Positions 39,715 through 50,214 of a DNA stretch of 64,000 bases are shown piece by piece. The stretch's first letter is position 1. The number at the start of each line of letters is the position of its first letter. A model generated the notes under the pieces. That model was not told where the DNA came from. It searched no databases and saw only the letters and a program-made list of their open reading frames with translations. The stretch lies in the IMG/VR virus record IMGVR_UViG_3300024999_000046; one strand, given 5' to 3'. This stretch comes from an uncultured virus (IMG/VR IMGVR_UViG_3300024999_000046) (taxonomy: Duplodnaviria > Heunggongvirae > Uroviricota > Caudoviricetes). The translations under genes were made by a program, and so were the position numbers.

Positions 39715-40857
39715 ATGGGCATCAATAATATTAAAATAACATTAGATCATGCTAGGCAGGAATTTATCGATAGAGGATATATTCCATTATTCAACCATTA
39801 TAACAACGCAAAAGAAAAACTACTAGCAAAAACGATAGAAGGATATAAAGTTTTGATAAGTTTAGATAAATTAAAACAAGGAAGAACCCCGCCTATATTT
39901 GCGAAATATAATCCATATACAATTGAAAATATTAAATTATATCTAGTTGTAAACAATATAGACTTAAAATTTCTATCTGGAGAATACATAAATAATTCGA
40001 GTAAATTTAATTTTATTACTTCACAAGGATTTAAAATTTCATCTACTTACAAAGAGTTACATAATCAACATGCTATAGTTGGAATGTATAATCCGCACAG
40101 TATAGATAATATTGAATTGTGGTTAAAAACACATAATATTTATCTTAAAGTAATTGAAAAAGAATATAATTATCTAAATGAAAAAATAGAGCTAATTGAT
40201 GATGATGGATATAGAGTGAATATATGGTGGAGGTCTTTGCAAATTGGAGACATTCCTGAATTATTTAGCACGTATAATCCATATACCATAGAGAATATAA
40301 AATTATGGTTAACAAATTCCAATTTAGGATACACATTGATAAGTAAAAAATATGAAAATACTCACAGTAAATTAATATTGAAATGCCAAAAACATGGTTA
40401 TTTTAAAATTAGTTGGTCAGAATTATATACTCAAAAGCACAGATGTCCATTATGTTCACTAGAAAATAGAAGTGGAAATAATCATTATAATTGGAAAGGT
40501 GGCCTATCCTCTGATAATGAGATGTTTAGAAAATCTTTGGAATATAAAAATTGGAGAACAGAAGTATTCAAAAGGGATAATTATACTTGTCAATGTTGTG
40601 GAAATAAAAAAAGGAAACTAAATGCTCATCATATAAAAAACTTTAGCTCTAATGAAGAATCAAGGCTAGATTTAGATAATGGAATTACATTATGTGATTC
40701 GTGTCATAATCCTAGTCAACGTGGTTCATTTCACAATATGTATGGAACTTATAACAATTCAAAAGAGCAATTAACTGAATACATGAAATCAACTCGTGTA
40801 TTACTACCAATCGTTATCCGATTATACATAAACAAAAATAAGGAGCGAATAAAGTGA
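39715..40857 (+). CDS. HNH endonuclease with N-terminal repeats
   Basis: Three NP(Y/H)(T/S)I(E/D)NI.L.L repeats; WRTEVFKRDNYTCQCC..AHHI..NGITLCDSCH. Confidence 0.9.
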   Translation: MGINNIKITLDHARQEFIDRGYIPLFNHYNNAKEKLLAKTIEGYKVLISLDKLKQGRTPPIFAKYNPYTIENIKLYLVVNNIDLKFLSGEYINNSSKFNFITSQGFKISSTYKELHNQHAIVGMYNPHSIDNIELWLKTHNIYLKVIEKEYNYLNEKIELIDDDGYRVNIWWRSLQIGDIPELFSTYNPYTIENIKLWLTNSNLGYTLISKKYENTHSKLILKCQKHGYFKISWSELYTQKHRCPLCSLENRSGNNHYNWKGGLSSDNEMFRKSLEYKNWRTEVFKRDNYTCQCCGNKKRKLNAHHIKNFSSNEESRLDLDNGITLCDSCHNPSQRGSFHNMYGTYNNSKEQLTEYMKSTRVLLPIVIRLYINKNKERIK

Positions 40858-41753
40858 CAGAGAATGAATTTAGTGTTGAATACATATTGCTAAATAATTT
40901 GAATGCTTACGGGTTTATATATATTACAACGAATATAATAAATGGAAATAAATATATTGGGCAAAAGATTTTTAATAGAAATTGGAAAAGTTACTTAGGT
41001 AGTGGTAAATATCTTAAAAATGCTATTAGAAAATACGGAAAAGAGAATTTCACCAGAAAAATATTAGAAATAGCATATTCCAAAGAAGAATTAAACATAT
41101 TAGAGATTAAATATATTAAAAATTACAGAGCTGTCGAAAATGAAGATTATTATAATATAAGTGTCGGTGGTGATGATACATTTCTTTTTAAAGGCCATTT
41201 TCATTCAAAAGAATCAAAGCTAAAAATAAGTGAATCATTGAGAGGTCATTATGTATCGGAAGGCACAAGATATAAGTTACAAACAGCCTTAAAAGGTAAA
41301 AACAATCCTATGTATGGTAAAAATTTTTCAGAGAAAACAAGATTAAAAATGAGTAAAACTAGAAAAAAACTCAATAGTACACAAACTAAAGAAATTAGAA
41401 ATAAATATGCTACAGGCAGTTATTATCAAAAAGATTTAGCAGAAGAATACTTGGTGTGTTTAAGAACTATTTCTGATATTATTAATTTTAAAGGTGTATA
41501 TGATGAACAGATAATTTTAAAACAAAATAGACCACACGGCAATATTACTGGTCGTCCTCCGATATCAATAATACAACTGTCTCAAAATGAAACAATTATA
41601 AAAATATGGAATTCAATGACAGAGATAATGAAGTCTTTAAATATTCACAAATCTCGCATTTCTGAATGCTGTAACCACAAACGAGAAACGACTGGTGGCT
41701 TTAAATGGCAATACTACTCAGAATACATAAATAATTATTATTCACTTAAATAA
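40854..41753 (+). CDS. GIY-YIG homing endonuclease with NUMOD3/NUMOD1 motifs
   Basis: GFIYITTN.INGNKYIGQ; HSKESKLKISES; NPMYGK; ISECC..GGFKW. Confidence 0.9.
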   Translation: MTENEFSVEYILLNNLNAYGFIYITTNIINGNKYIGQKIFNRNWKSYLGSGKYLKNAIRKYGKENFTRKILEIAYSKEELNILEIKYIKNYRAVENEDYYNISVGGDDTFLFKGHFHSKESKLKISESLRGHYVSEGTRYKLQTALKGKNNPMYGKNFSEKTRLKMSKTRKKLNSTQTKEIRNKYATGSYYQKDLAEEYLVCLRTISDIINFKGVYDEQIILKQNRPHGNITGRPPISIIQLSQNETIIKIWNSMTEIMKSLNIHKSRISECCNHKRETTGGFKWQYYSEYINNYYSLK

Positions 41754-41780
41754 ATAAGCTCAGAAAGGATTTAATTAACA

Positions 41781-42248
41781 ATGTACTCTACATATGATGC
41801 GTTCCATAAAATATTCATAGATGGATTGGATAAAATTGATGAACTTTTACTCCAAATGAGATTAGAAGCAGATAAGTGGGAAAAGGAAGGTGATAAATTG
41901 ACAGTAGAAAGGAATGAAAGTTATTATACTGGCATGATATTTGGAGGAATAAACGCATATTGCTATATGGTAAGTAGGGGTTGTAAACCTGTGGCTGAAA
42001 CAGCTTTGCAAAATAGACATTTAAAAGAGGTTAGAGAGATTGTTGAAAAAGCTTCATTATATTTTTACTCTGAATTTCTTTATGAAGGATGGTCAACTAT
42101 TTATATTTATAAACATAGCCATATGCTTGAAATTATTAAAAATACATTACATGAACCAAAAACAATTTACGAACATTAGATACTAGGTAAAATGTTTGGT
42201 TATTCGGACGAAGAAATAGGAAAGTTTATTGAGTCACAAGAAATATAA
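41781..42248 (+). pseudogene. hypothetical protein (DUF2023-like) with in-frame TAG at 42177-42179
   Basis: Frame continues EH*ILGKMFGYSDEEIGKFI to TAA at 42248. Confidence 0.55.
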
Positions 42249-42285
42249 CTTTATGAATTCTATTAATTTAAGGAGGTGATACAAA

Positions 42286-42408
42286 ATGGAAACTATAACT
42301 ATTAAACTATCTACTGAAGAAGTTATTGAAATGTTAGGAGGAATGGAAAAAGCTAAGGAATTTTTAGAGAAGGTTAAAGAAGAAACGTGTGGTAGTAAAA
42401 TAATTTAG
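42286..42408 (+). CDS. 40-aa hypothetical protein
   Basis: RBS aaggaggtg. Confidence 0.55.
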   Translation: METITIKLSTEEVIEMLGGMEKAKEFLEKVKEETCGSKII

Positions 42409-42438
42409 TATTGTTGGAGTGAAAGGATGAAATAATTA

Positions 42439-42540
42439 ATGAAATTTTTTATAATCGTATTTGTAGTGATTATTTTGTTTAAGATTTTCTTAAAGGATAA
42501 ATTAGTATCGCGTTGGAAGAAAAATGATTATAGTAGGTGA
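42439..42540 (+). CDS. 33-aa single-TM basic peptide
   Basis: MKFFIIVFVVIILFKIFLKDKLVSRWKKNDYSR; RBS aaagga. Confidence 0.45.
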   Translation: MKFFIIVFVVIILFKIFLKDKLVSRWKKNDYSR

Positions 42541-42572
42541 TATATAAATTATTAAATTAAGGAGGTGATAAA

Positions 42573-42773
42573 ATGAAAAAGATTGGAAAAGTAGGTTTTG
42601 ATTTTGAGTTTCTTAAAAAGCATTATAATTTTCCTTCTGATGCTTTATTGAAGAATATTAGTGTTGACAACGAATTAGGAACAATAGACATAACTTTTTA
42701 TACCAATGAAGATGGTGCTTCTAAAATAGAAGATGTAGCAACTATTAGAAGAGAACTACTATATGAAAAATAA
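42573..42773 (+). CDS. hypothetical protein
   Basis: RBS aaggaggtg. Confidence 0.6.
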   Translation: MKKIGKVGFDFEFLKKHYNFPSDALLKNISVDNELGTIDITFYTNEDGASKIEDVATIRRELLYEK

Positions 42774-42787
42774 ATTTATGTTTTTTA

Positions 42788-43033
42788 TTGAAAGGATGTG
42801 ATGCAAAAATGAAAGAAATTAAAATTAAAACTATGACCATAGAAGAAATAGAAGAAGCAAAAAAGATTGGTTATGTTGCAGTGTTAAAAGGATACAAAAT
42901 GGAAGAATTCTACAGCAAATTAAAATCAGTATGGTCTACATTTTCAGATGAAGCAAGAGATAATTGGACAATGATGCTTGGTGGTTTGGAGGGTAAAAGT
43001 GAAGTTATGGCTTTGATGAGTAAGGAAGATTAA
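42788..43033 (+). CDS. hypothetical protein
   Basis: ORF track; probable start at downstream ATG. Confidence 0.55.
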   Translation: MKGCDAKMKEIKIKTMTIEEIEEAKKIGYVAVLKGYKMEEFYSKLKSVWSTFSDEARDNWTMMLGGLEGKSEVMALMSKED

Positions 43034-43099
43034 GGGTAATAGATTATTAAATAACAAAATGGGTAGTGACCGACCACTATAATAAAGGAGGAAATTATA

Positions 43100-43615
43100 A
43101 TGGAAATTAAAGATTTTGAGAGATATTTAGAATTGGTAAAAATTAAAGAAGAATATGGAAATGCTTATTCGGAGTCAAAAAACGAGGATGACTTTCAACT
43201 GTATTTAAAAGTTGGAAGTGAATTAAGTAAATTAAAAGATAATATATTAAAGTTTATTTTTGAAAATCAAAGTAATATGGAAACTACAGTAGATAAATTA
43301 AAACTTACTCTTAATAAGATTGGATTGAGTGAGTACGGTTATGGATCTTATAATGATTTAAATAAAACATTTAATGAAATTAAAATAGTTAAAGAAATAT
43401 TGAATTTACTTGAGATGTATGATTGGAAATTAATGTATTCTAATTATGGTACTATAGATAATGAAGGAAATTGGATTAGACAAGTTGCCGTTTGGGAACA
43501 AAATGGCGAAGGGTTAATTAGAAAACATAAGATTTGGAATGTCGTAGACGCATTAGATGTTGGGAATAGTGTTGGAGAATCTTTGAAAAGTGTTTCTGAA
43601 AATATTAATAAATAA
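43100..43615 (+). CDS. hypothetical protein
   Basis: RBS aaggagg. Confidence 0.6.
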   Translation: MEIKDFERYLELVKIKEEYGNAYSESKNEDDFQLYLKVGSELSKLKDNILKFIFENQSNMETTVDKLKLTLNKIGLSEYGYGSYNDLNKTFNEIKIVKEILNLLEMYDWKLMYSNYGTIDNEGNWIRQVAVWEQNGEGLIRKHKIWNVVDALDVGNSVGESLKSVSENINK

Positions 43616-43618
43616 AAT

Positions 43619-44155
43619 TTGAAAGAAGGAAATAAAATAATGAGCGAGACAGAGAGCAAGCAACAACAAACGCAAACTGAATATATAGAGGAAAAATTTG
43701 CATTTTGGAATGAAAAATATAATATTCCTTATAATTCAGTATTTATAATTAGATCATTATTTGAGTTGGAATATCAATTTATGATGACTCCACTAGAACA
43801 TGTAAAAACAAAAAGAGATATCTTAGATATGATTCATAAAATTAACCAAAGTATAAGATTGAATCCAAAAATTGAATGTGCTGAACCAATGTATATTGAT
43901 TGTATATGGACTGAAGGCAGGGATAGCAACAAAGTATTAATATATGTTGACAGAAAATTAGTTGTTTTAGATCCTAGAAGATATCAGCAACCAGTAAATA
44001 TAAAAAGTTATGCCAATATGATTCATGATATGGCTTTTAAAAAGGGATATGAGATATATGTAAATACTCAAGGATTTGGAATGGGATTGTATGATTGTTT
44101 AATGGAATTTGGAGATTTGAAGGTTTGTGAATTGGTGGTTAGTAGAAAAGGTTAA
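43619..44155 (+). CDS. hypothetical protein; C-terminus resembles a terminase RNase H-fold fragment
   Basis: IYVNTQGFGMGLYDCL. Confidence 0.45.
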   Translation: MKEGNKIMSETESKQQQTQTEYIEEKFAFWNEKYNIPYNSVFIIRSLFELEYQFMMTPLEHVKTKRDILDMIHKINQSIRLNPKIECAEPMYIDCIWTEGRDSNKVLIYVDRKLVVLDPRRYQQPVNIKSYANMIHDMAFKKGYEIYVNTQGFGMGLYDCLMEFGDLKVCELVVSRKG

Positions 44156-44176
44156 ATAGTTGTAATAGCAAATAAA

Positions 44177-44212
44177 GAACTCCTAACTACTTTTATAGTG
44201 GTTAGGAGTTTT
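44177..44212. terminator. terminator between convergent blocks
   Basis: aactcctaactact..agtggttaggagtttt. Confidence 0.75.
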
Positions 44213-44219
44213 AATATAA

Positions 44220-44459
44220 TTAGTCCCAATTAACCTGTCCTTCGGAATCCCTACTGCGTTTTATAAAAAGCATAAGATATCCACATTTATTACATACATG
44301 AGCGATAGTTGGCATTGTAACAGAAAGTTCATTTGCTCTAAATGTAAAACCTATATCCATGCCTAATGGTTGTACTTTATCACTGTTACACATTGGACAT
44401 TTTATGGTTATGGGTTGATTGTTAATGATTTGTGTATTAGTTTTCATATTGTTTTTCAT
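44220..44459 (-). CDS. small Zn-ribbon protein
   Basis: CPMC..CNKCGYLMLF. Confidence 0.65.
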   Translation of the reverse strand: MKNNMKTNTQIINNQPITIKCPMCNSDKVQPLGMDIGFTFRANELSVTMPTIAHVCNKCGYLMLFIKRSRDSEGQVNWD

Positions 44460-45306
44460 TCTCCTTTAATTTTAATAACTCGCCATTTATAACTTCTGTG
44501 TTAAATTTTAAAAATAATTTCTTATATAATTTATCATGTTTTATCTTAAATATAGAAGGAGCAATTTCTAATTTAATCATAATTTGTTTGAATTCAAATA
44601 AATCAAGTTTCTTTTTGCCTGATTCTATCTTTTGCAATTCAACTGTTTTGAGATTAATAATATTAGCAAAATTTAAAACAGATAACTTTTTAAACAGTCT
44701 TAACATTCTAAAATTAAATCCGAAATAATTACCTGTATTTTTGAGTTCATTAATTTCTAATTGGAGATAAAAATCTTTAACACTAATTTGTTTTTCTTTT
44801 TCAGTTAGTGTAGTTTCTTGAGGAGTTTTAGTTTTAGGTTTCGGTTTAGTTTTCTTTATGATGGTTTGTCTGTTTTGTAGTTTCTTTTGCTTTGCTTTAT
44901 CGCTTGAATTTTTAGCATTTCTTTTCCTACTTTCTATTTTACATGTAGGACAGTATTTGCCAAATACATCGACTAAAGCACCACATCCTCCTTTACATAG
45001 TTTAGGTGCTTTAGATTTACGGTCTAATTTATCATTATAAGGAATTTGAGTTATGCGAGCTTTTTCATAACATTTATGGCATTTAAAATATTCCGTATTG
45101 GATAGAGGTTTAAGACATAAAAAACAGATATTTTGTTCTTTACAGTATTCTTTTTTGAATTGATAATTTTGAGTTATAATTTTTCTGCATTTCTCACAGT
45201 GCTTTTTTGTTTCTTCTGGATGTAAAGGAGAATTGCATTTTAGACAGAGACGAAGTTTCTTTTTTCTTTCATAGATTGTTTCTGGAATTGTGTCTGTGCG
45301 TTTCAT
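44437..45306 (-). CDS. Cys-rich multi-Zn-finger protein with C-terminal XRE HTH
   Basis: Six CxxC-type pairs; FGFNFRMLR..FANII..LQKIESGKK. Confidence 0.65.
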   Translation of the reverse strand: MKRTDTIPETIYERKKKLRLCLKCNSPLHPEETKKHCEKCRKIITQNYQFKKEYCKEQNICFLCLKPLSNTEYFKCHKCYEKARITQIPYNDKLDRKSKAPKLCKGGCGALVDVFGKYCPTCKIESRKRNAKNSSDKAKQKKLQNRQTIIKKTKPKPKTKTPQETTLTEKEKQISVKDFYLQLEINELKNTGNYFGFNFRMLRLFKKLSVLNFANIINLKTVELQKIESGKKKLDLFEFKQIMIKLEIAPSIFKIKHDKLYKKLFLKFNTEVINGELLKLKENEKQYEN

Positions 45307-45736
45307 TTATGATTGTCCTCCGTTGTGAGAATTGGTTTGGGTGTTAGGAATTATATGATTATTATAGCATAATTAGATGTTTTGTTCAAATTAGAGGGCA
45401 ATAAAAAGAAAGGAAGAATTTGGCTGTACAGCACCAAAAATCTTCCTTTGAAGTATAAACGATAGATAGAATGATAGAAGTATTGATAGAAATTGAAGTT
45501 GAGTTAGATGATAGAAGTTGATTTTATTATAGCATGGAGTGGGGGTTTTGGGAAGGGAGAGAGAAATTACTCTCTTTTTTGGGTTGTGGAGGGTTGTTTA
45601 TAAAATAATAATTTTGGTTGAATTGTTGGATTTGCAAGTTTGGCAATTTGTAATTAAGAAGACGCTTGAACTTTCCTTAGAGTTTGAGTGTCTTCTTCCC
45701 ATTTTTTAGCTTATTAAGGAAGGCGGTATAAGAATT

Positions 45737-47959
45737 ATGTTAATTAGTAAAGAAGTTGAGGTAGAATTATCAGGTACTAATATAGAATACTTTGAGAATA
45801 AGGGGTATTTTATACCAAGACGAGTAGACAAACAAGGGAGAACAAATGTTAAAAGAGGGACAAAAATAATTGTAAAGGTTGAAGACTTAAAAGATAATTC
45901 AGATGTGTTAGTTAGTGTTCAATGTGATGATAACGGAGAAATATTAGAAAATGTAGAATGGAAAGTTTATAAATACCATGTAAAAGAAGATGGAAAATAT
46001 TATTACAAACCTCATAATAATTCATCTAGAAAAATAAGTAAAAAATATTTAGGAAGAGGTTTGTCGTTTTATGATTGGTGTTATAAATACCTACCAAAAT
46101 ATATGGCAGATTATATACTATCTCGTTGGGACTATGAGAAAAATATAGATAAAGAAGGAAATATAATAAGTCCTAAAAATGTTGGACATGGTTCAGATGG
46201 TTTTGATAAAAAGAAAAGAGGTTATTGGTTTAAATGCCTCGATCATCCAGAGCATGGGTCAGAATTGAAAAGCATTTGTCGTTTTACTAATAATTTTAAG
46301 GGTTTTATGGGTAGTATTGAATGTATTCAGTGTAACGTTGTTGCATTAACTCATCCCCATTTGGTGAAGTATTTTGCTATTAAAGAAGATGCTTATAAGT
46401 ATTCTTTTGGTTCAAGTGAAATTGTTCTTATGAAATGTCCTGATTGTGGTTGTGAAAGAGAAATTAGAGTTAGCGATTTATCAAACAAGGGATTTTCGTG
46501 CAGAATTTGTTCAGATAAAATTCCTTATACTGAAAAGTTTTTTGCTAATTTCTTAAAACAAATATTACAAGAAAATTATATAATGCAATTATCAACAAAG
46601 ACTTTCAAATGGTGCGATAGGTATCAATATGACTTTTACATAGATAAAATGAACGGAATCATATGTGAAATTATGGGTAATCAGCATTATGAAGAAAATC
46701 ATGGTAATTGGAAAATGTCATTAGATGAAATACAAATTAACGATTTTGACAAGGAATGGTTAGCTAGAATAAATAAAGTTAAAAACTACATAATCATTGA
46801 CTGTAGAAAGTCGGAAATGAAATGGATTAAGAGAAGTATCATGCAGTCAAGATTACCAAAACTTTTAAATTTTAAAGAATCAGATATTGATTGGTTAGAG
46901 TGTCATGAGGCAGGATGTAAAAATATGATCAAGGAAGTTTGTGACTTGTATAATGACACTCGTAACGTATTAAAAATTTCTGAATTATTTAAAATAGGAA
47001 CTCAAACCGTTGGTAAATATCTCAAGCAAGGAGCAGAATTAGGTTGGTGTGACTATAATTCAAAAACAAGAGTCGTGTGCGTGACAACGGGAGAAGTTTT
47101 TGAATCACAAACAGAAGCAGGTAAGAAATATAATACCACTGGGATCTCAAAATGTTGCAGTGATAATGATATTAGAAGAACAGCAGGTAAATTATTGGAC
47201 GGTACAAAATTAATTTGGATGTTCTACGAAGAGTATATTATGAAAACAAAAGATGAAATTGAAAATATATTAAAAGAAGAATTGGAAGAACCGCATGGAA
47301 TGGTAATCAAAGTTATTTGTTTAACAAATGGAGAAATATTTAGCACAATGACTTCTGCTGCTGAAGAATATAATATATCATACAATAGTATATCTTCATG
47401 TTGTAGAAAATCAAGTTTTTCAGCAGGAACTGACTTGATTACAGGTAAACCTTTAGTCTGGATGTATTACGATGAGTATGTTTTAAAAACCAAAGATGAG
47501 ATCCAAAGTATATTGAATAATAAAAGAATTAAAACAAGATTTAAAGGAGAAATAATTTGTTTAACAACAAGAGAAACATTCAATGATGTCTATGAAGCCG
47601 GAATTAAATATAATATACGAGCAGATGCCATATCATTTTGCTGTGATAAAGATAAAACTAATAAGTCAGCAGGGAAACTTTCAGATGGAACAAAAATGGT
47701 TTGGATGTATTATAAGGATTATATATTAAAAACCAAAGATGAAATAGAAGAGATTTTACTGCCTAGTAATTTTGTTAAGGTAATATGTTTAACGACTGGA
47801 GAAATATTTAATTCTTTAGCAGAAGCACAAAGAAAATATAAGAATGCATCTCATATAGGGCATTGTTGTAAAGGTAAAGCAAAATCATCAGGAAGTTTGT
47901 TAGACGGAGTAAGACTCACATGGATGTATTATGATGAATATTTAGAAAGTAATAAATAA
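45737..47959 (+). CDS. Zn-ribbon / PD-(D/E)XK (Vsr-like) endonuclease with four NUMOD1-like repeats
   Basis: YDFYI..ICEIMGNQHY; four copies of (V/I)C(L/V)T.GE.F..CC..AG..WM(Y/F)Y. Confidence 0.75.
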   Translation: MLISKEVEVELSGTNIEYFENKGYFIPRRVDKQGRTNVKRGTKIIVKVEDLKDNSDVLVSVQCDDNGEILENVEWKVYKYHVKEDGKYYYKPHNNSSRKISKKYLGRGLSFYDWCYKYLPKYMADYILSRWDYEKNIDKEGNIISPKNVGHGSDGFDKKKRGYWFKCLDHPEHGSELKSICRFTNNFKGFMGSIECIQCNVVALTHPHLVKYFAIKEDAYKYSFGSSEIVLMKCPDCGCEREIRVSDLSNKGFSCRICSDKIPYTEKFFANFLKQILQENYIMQLSTKTFKWCDRYQYDFYIDKMNGIICEIMGNQHYEENHGNWKMSLDEIQINDFDKEWLARINKVKNYIIIDCRKSEMKWIKRSIMQSRLPKLLNFKESDIDWLECHEAGCKNMIKEVCDLYNDTRNVLKISELFKIGTQTVGKYLKQGAELGWCDYNSKTRVVCVTTGEVFESQTEAGKKYNTTGISKCCSDNDIRRTAGKLLDGTKLIWMFYEEYIMKTKDEIENILKEELEEPHGMVIKVICLTNGEIFSTMTSAAEEYNISYNSISSCCRKSSFSAGTDLITGKPLVWMYYDEYVLKTKDEIQSILNNKRIKTRFKGEIICLTTRETFNDVYEAGIKYNIRADAISFCCDKDKTNKSAGKLSDGTKMVWMYYKDYILKTKDEIEEILLPSNFVKVICLTTGEIFNSLAEAQRKYKNASHIGHCCKGKAKSSGSLLDGVRLTWMYYDEYLESNK

Positions 47960-47962
47960 TAG

Positions 47963-48004
47963 TATAGAGGATATCTGCTTTAATTGTAGATATCCTCTAT
48001 TTTT
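47963..48004. terminator. terminator between convergent genes
   Basis: tagaggatatctgc..gtagatatcctcta-T run. Confidence 0.8.
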
Positions 48005-48010
48005 ACCGTT

Positions 48011-49552
48011 TTACTTAACTTCTTCCCTTCCAATTTCTTCTAAACTTTTACCTTCTAAAATGTATTCATTAAATACCTTATTAACCCAAGTTACTGAAGA
48101 AGAAGTCGAAATCATTTTGTTTCCCTCTCGCATTATTTTTCTGAAAATAGGATTTTCTTTATCTAGGAAATTTCCTATAAATCCTCTGTAATTCACTTTG
48201 GAATTAAACTTAGAAAGTATACTTAACATCTCTTCTTTGCTCTTTCCTTGCAATGATTTGGAAATATAAAAATACCCACTCCAAGCAAGGGCTTCCATTG
48301 TGAGACTATTTTCGCGAAGAATTTTTCTCTCTATAAGATCCTTACTTGCCATAAATTTAGGAAAGTTTTGAATTATAGCATCTACAAAAGCTATAAGATG
48401 TTTGCTACACTCTTCAACGTCTATCTTTGTTTTTGGATTATAATTATCTTTAATATTTTTTGAAAGTACACCAAATGTGATAATATTTTCTGAGGTAGCT
48501 TTAATGGATGTGCTTACTACCTCTACCTTTAAGTCAGATTTTTTCATAACATCTCTACATAATTTGTTTGTATAATCTTCTACATTTAAATATTCCCCAC
48601 GGCTACGAGAAATTTTTAAACCTTTAGTTGCGTATTCAGAGAATAGACTTTTTGCTGAATCGTCATCTAATAATTCGATTACAATTCCAATTTGATAATC
48701 AGCAGGATTAGGAATTGTCTCTGGTGATTTACGATAAGCCTTTAAAACCTTCAAAAATGCAGAAAGTCTGTGTTGCCCGTCTAAAATATCCAACTTTTGG
48801 TCAATAGAACCAGAAAGGGTACGCTCATCTTCATCATAATTAATATCACCCTTTTCAGGATTCCAATTAAATGTTATGAAACCACCATGCATCTTATTTT
48901 TAATAATACTTGAGTAGATCAAATCGATTTGCTTCTTTGAGCGTACAGCTAATAAATCTCCGTTTTTCCCTTTGCGATAGCCTCTTTGAAGCTCTCCATT
49001 ATAAGAAAGTACACCTCGTTCAAAAAGAGCACTTAATACTTCGATATTTGCAACTCCTTGGTATTTTACTAATTCATTATTTCTAAAAACCTCGATTACG
49101 TTATCAAATTTCCATTCCTCCGAATTATTCAATTTTTCCAATCTACTTTTCATTTCCTTCTTCAATTTGTTTTGCTCACGTTTAATTTTTAACTCATCTT
49201 TTTTCCTTTGAGCTTCATTCCTCTCTTCTTCAGTTTCATCTTCACCACTAAAATCAGTTTCTTCTTTTACCTGTCCACTTAAACTACTCAAACTACCAAA
49301 AGGAGGCATCACCTTCTCACTCTCAACCTCTCCGTCTTTACTCCCTTTATCCCAAACCTTATCATTCTCATCCAAAATCTCATTGAACCCAACAGCAACT
49401 TGACTTTGAGTTTCATTTACCATCCCCATCACCTCTTCCTTCACAGCATTAACTAAACCAATATCCATCTGTGCAAACCTATCCTTCTTCTTAGCCATTT
49501 CATTATCTCCTTCCATATTCATGTTTCCACCTTTATCAAATTTAAAAATCAT
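48011..49552 (-). CDS. DGQHR (DndB-like/ParB-fold) domain protein
   Basis: YNGELQRG and ILDGQHRL; acidic low-complexity N-terminus. Confidence 0.8.
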   Translation of the reverse strand: MIFKFDKGGNMNMEGDNEMAKKKDRFAQMDIGLVNAVKEEVMGMVNETQSQVAVGFNEILDENDKVWDKGSKDGEVESEKVMPPFGSLSSLSGQVKEETDFSGEDETEEERNEAQRKKDELKIKREQNKLKKEMKSRLEKLNNSEEWKFDNVIEVFRNNELVKYQGVANIEVLSALFERGVLSYNGELQRGYRKGKNGDLLAVRSKKQIDLIYSSIIKNKMHGGFITFNWNPEKGDINYDEDERTLSGSIDQKLDILDGQHRLSAFLKVLKAYRKSPETIPNPADYQIGIVIELLDDDSAKSLFSEYATKGLKISRSRGEYLNVEDYTNKLCRDVMKKSDLKVEVVSTSIKATSENIITFGVLSKNIKDNYNPKTKIDVEECSKHLIAFVDAIIQNFPKFMASKDLIERKILRENSLTMEALAWSGYFYISKSLQGKSKEEMLSILSKFNSKVNYRGFIGNFLDKENPIFRKIMREGNKMISTSSSVTWVNKVFNEYILEGKSLEEIGREEVK

Positions 49553-49653
49553 CTCAAATCAACCCTTTCATATAATATATAATCATTTTATGACTTTCGC
49601 AAGTTTTTATCACATATTTATGAAATTTTATTAAAAAAGATGAGCATGTCCAA

Positions 49654-50211
49654 TCACTCATCTTTAAACTCATCAATATTCTGTGGTAAATATTTATTAG
49701 CATCAAAATCGGATACGTCATCCATTTTATAACTCTTAATGATATCTAAATTTTTATTTACAAAATCCATTGGATTGTAGCAAATTCCCCCTTTTCGATA
49801 CTCAAAATGACAGTGGATTCCAAAACTCCTTCCTGAATTTCCTGAGTTTGCAATAACATCTCCTTGCTTAACTTTATCTCCAACCTCAACTAAATTTTCA
49901 CTATTATGACCATATAATGTTTCTACATTATTATTGTGTAATATCATAATACAATTGCCATATACTCCTTTCCATCCAGAAAACGAAACTATCCCATCGT
50001 TTGATGCATGAATAGAAGTTGTCCCACAGCCTATATCAATTCCATGATGCTTATCACCTTTAAACTCTTGAGTAATTACTCCCTCTACAGGCATAATCCA
50101 AGTATCGCTTGAATCATTATATAAATGCTTCCTACTACATATATAAATCAACAAAACCATTACAATAATAAAAAATTTATTGTTCCTTAATGTATCCATA
50201 ATAATACCCAT
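49654..50211 (-). CDS. membrane-anchored M23 metallopeptidase
   Basis: N-terminal TM; HHGIDI, YGH, HCHFE. Confidence 0.9.
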   Translation of the reverse strand: MGIIMDTLRNNKFFIIVMVLLIYICSRKHLYNDSSDTWIMPVEGVITQEFKGDKHHGIDIGCGTTSIHASNDGIVSFSGWKGVYGNCIMILHNNNVETLYGHNSENLVEVGDKVKQGDVIANSGNSGRSFGIHCHFEYRKGGICYNPMDFVNKNLDIIKSYKMDDVSDFDANKYLPQNIDEFKDE

Positions 50212-50214
50212 AAA

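Noticed and set aside
39560..41780. Group I intron hosting the HNH and GIY-YIG genes
   Set aside because: No split host gene and no recognisable P7 core in the flanks.
48011..49552. Dnd phosphorothioation system
   Set aside because: Only a DGQHR domain is present; no dndA/C/D/E homologues in the window.
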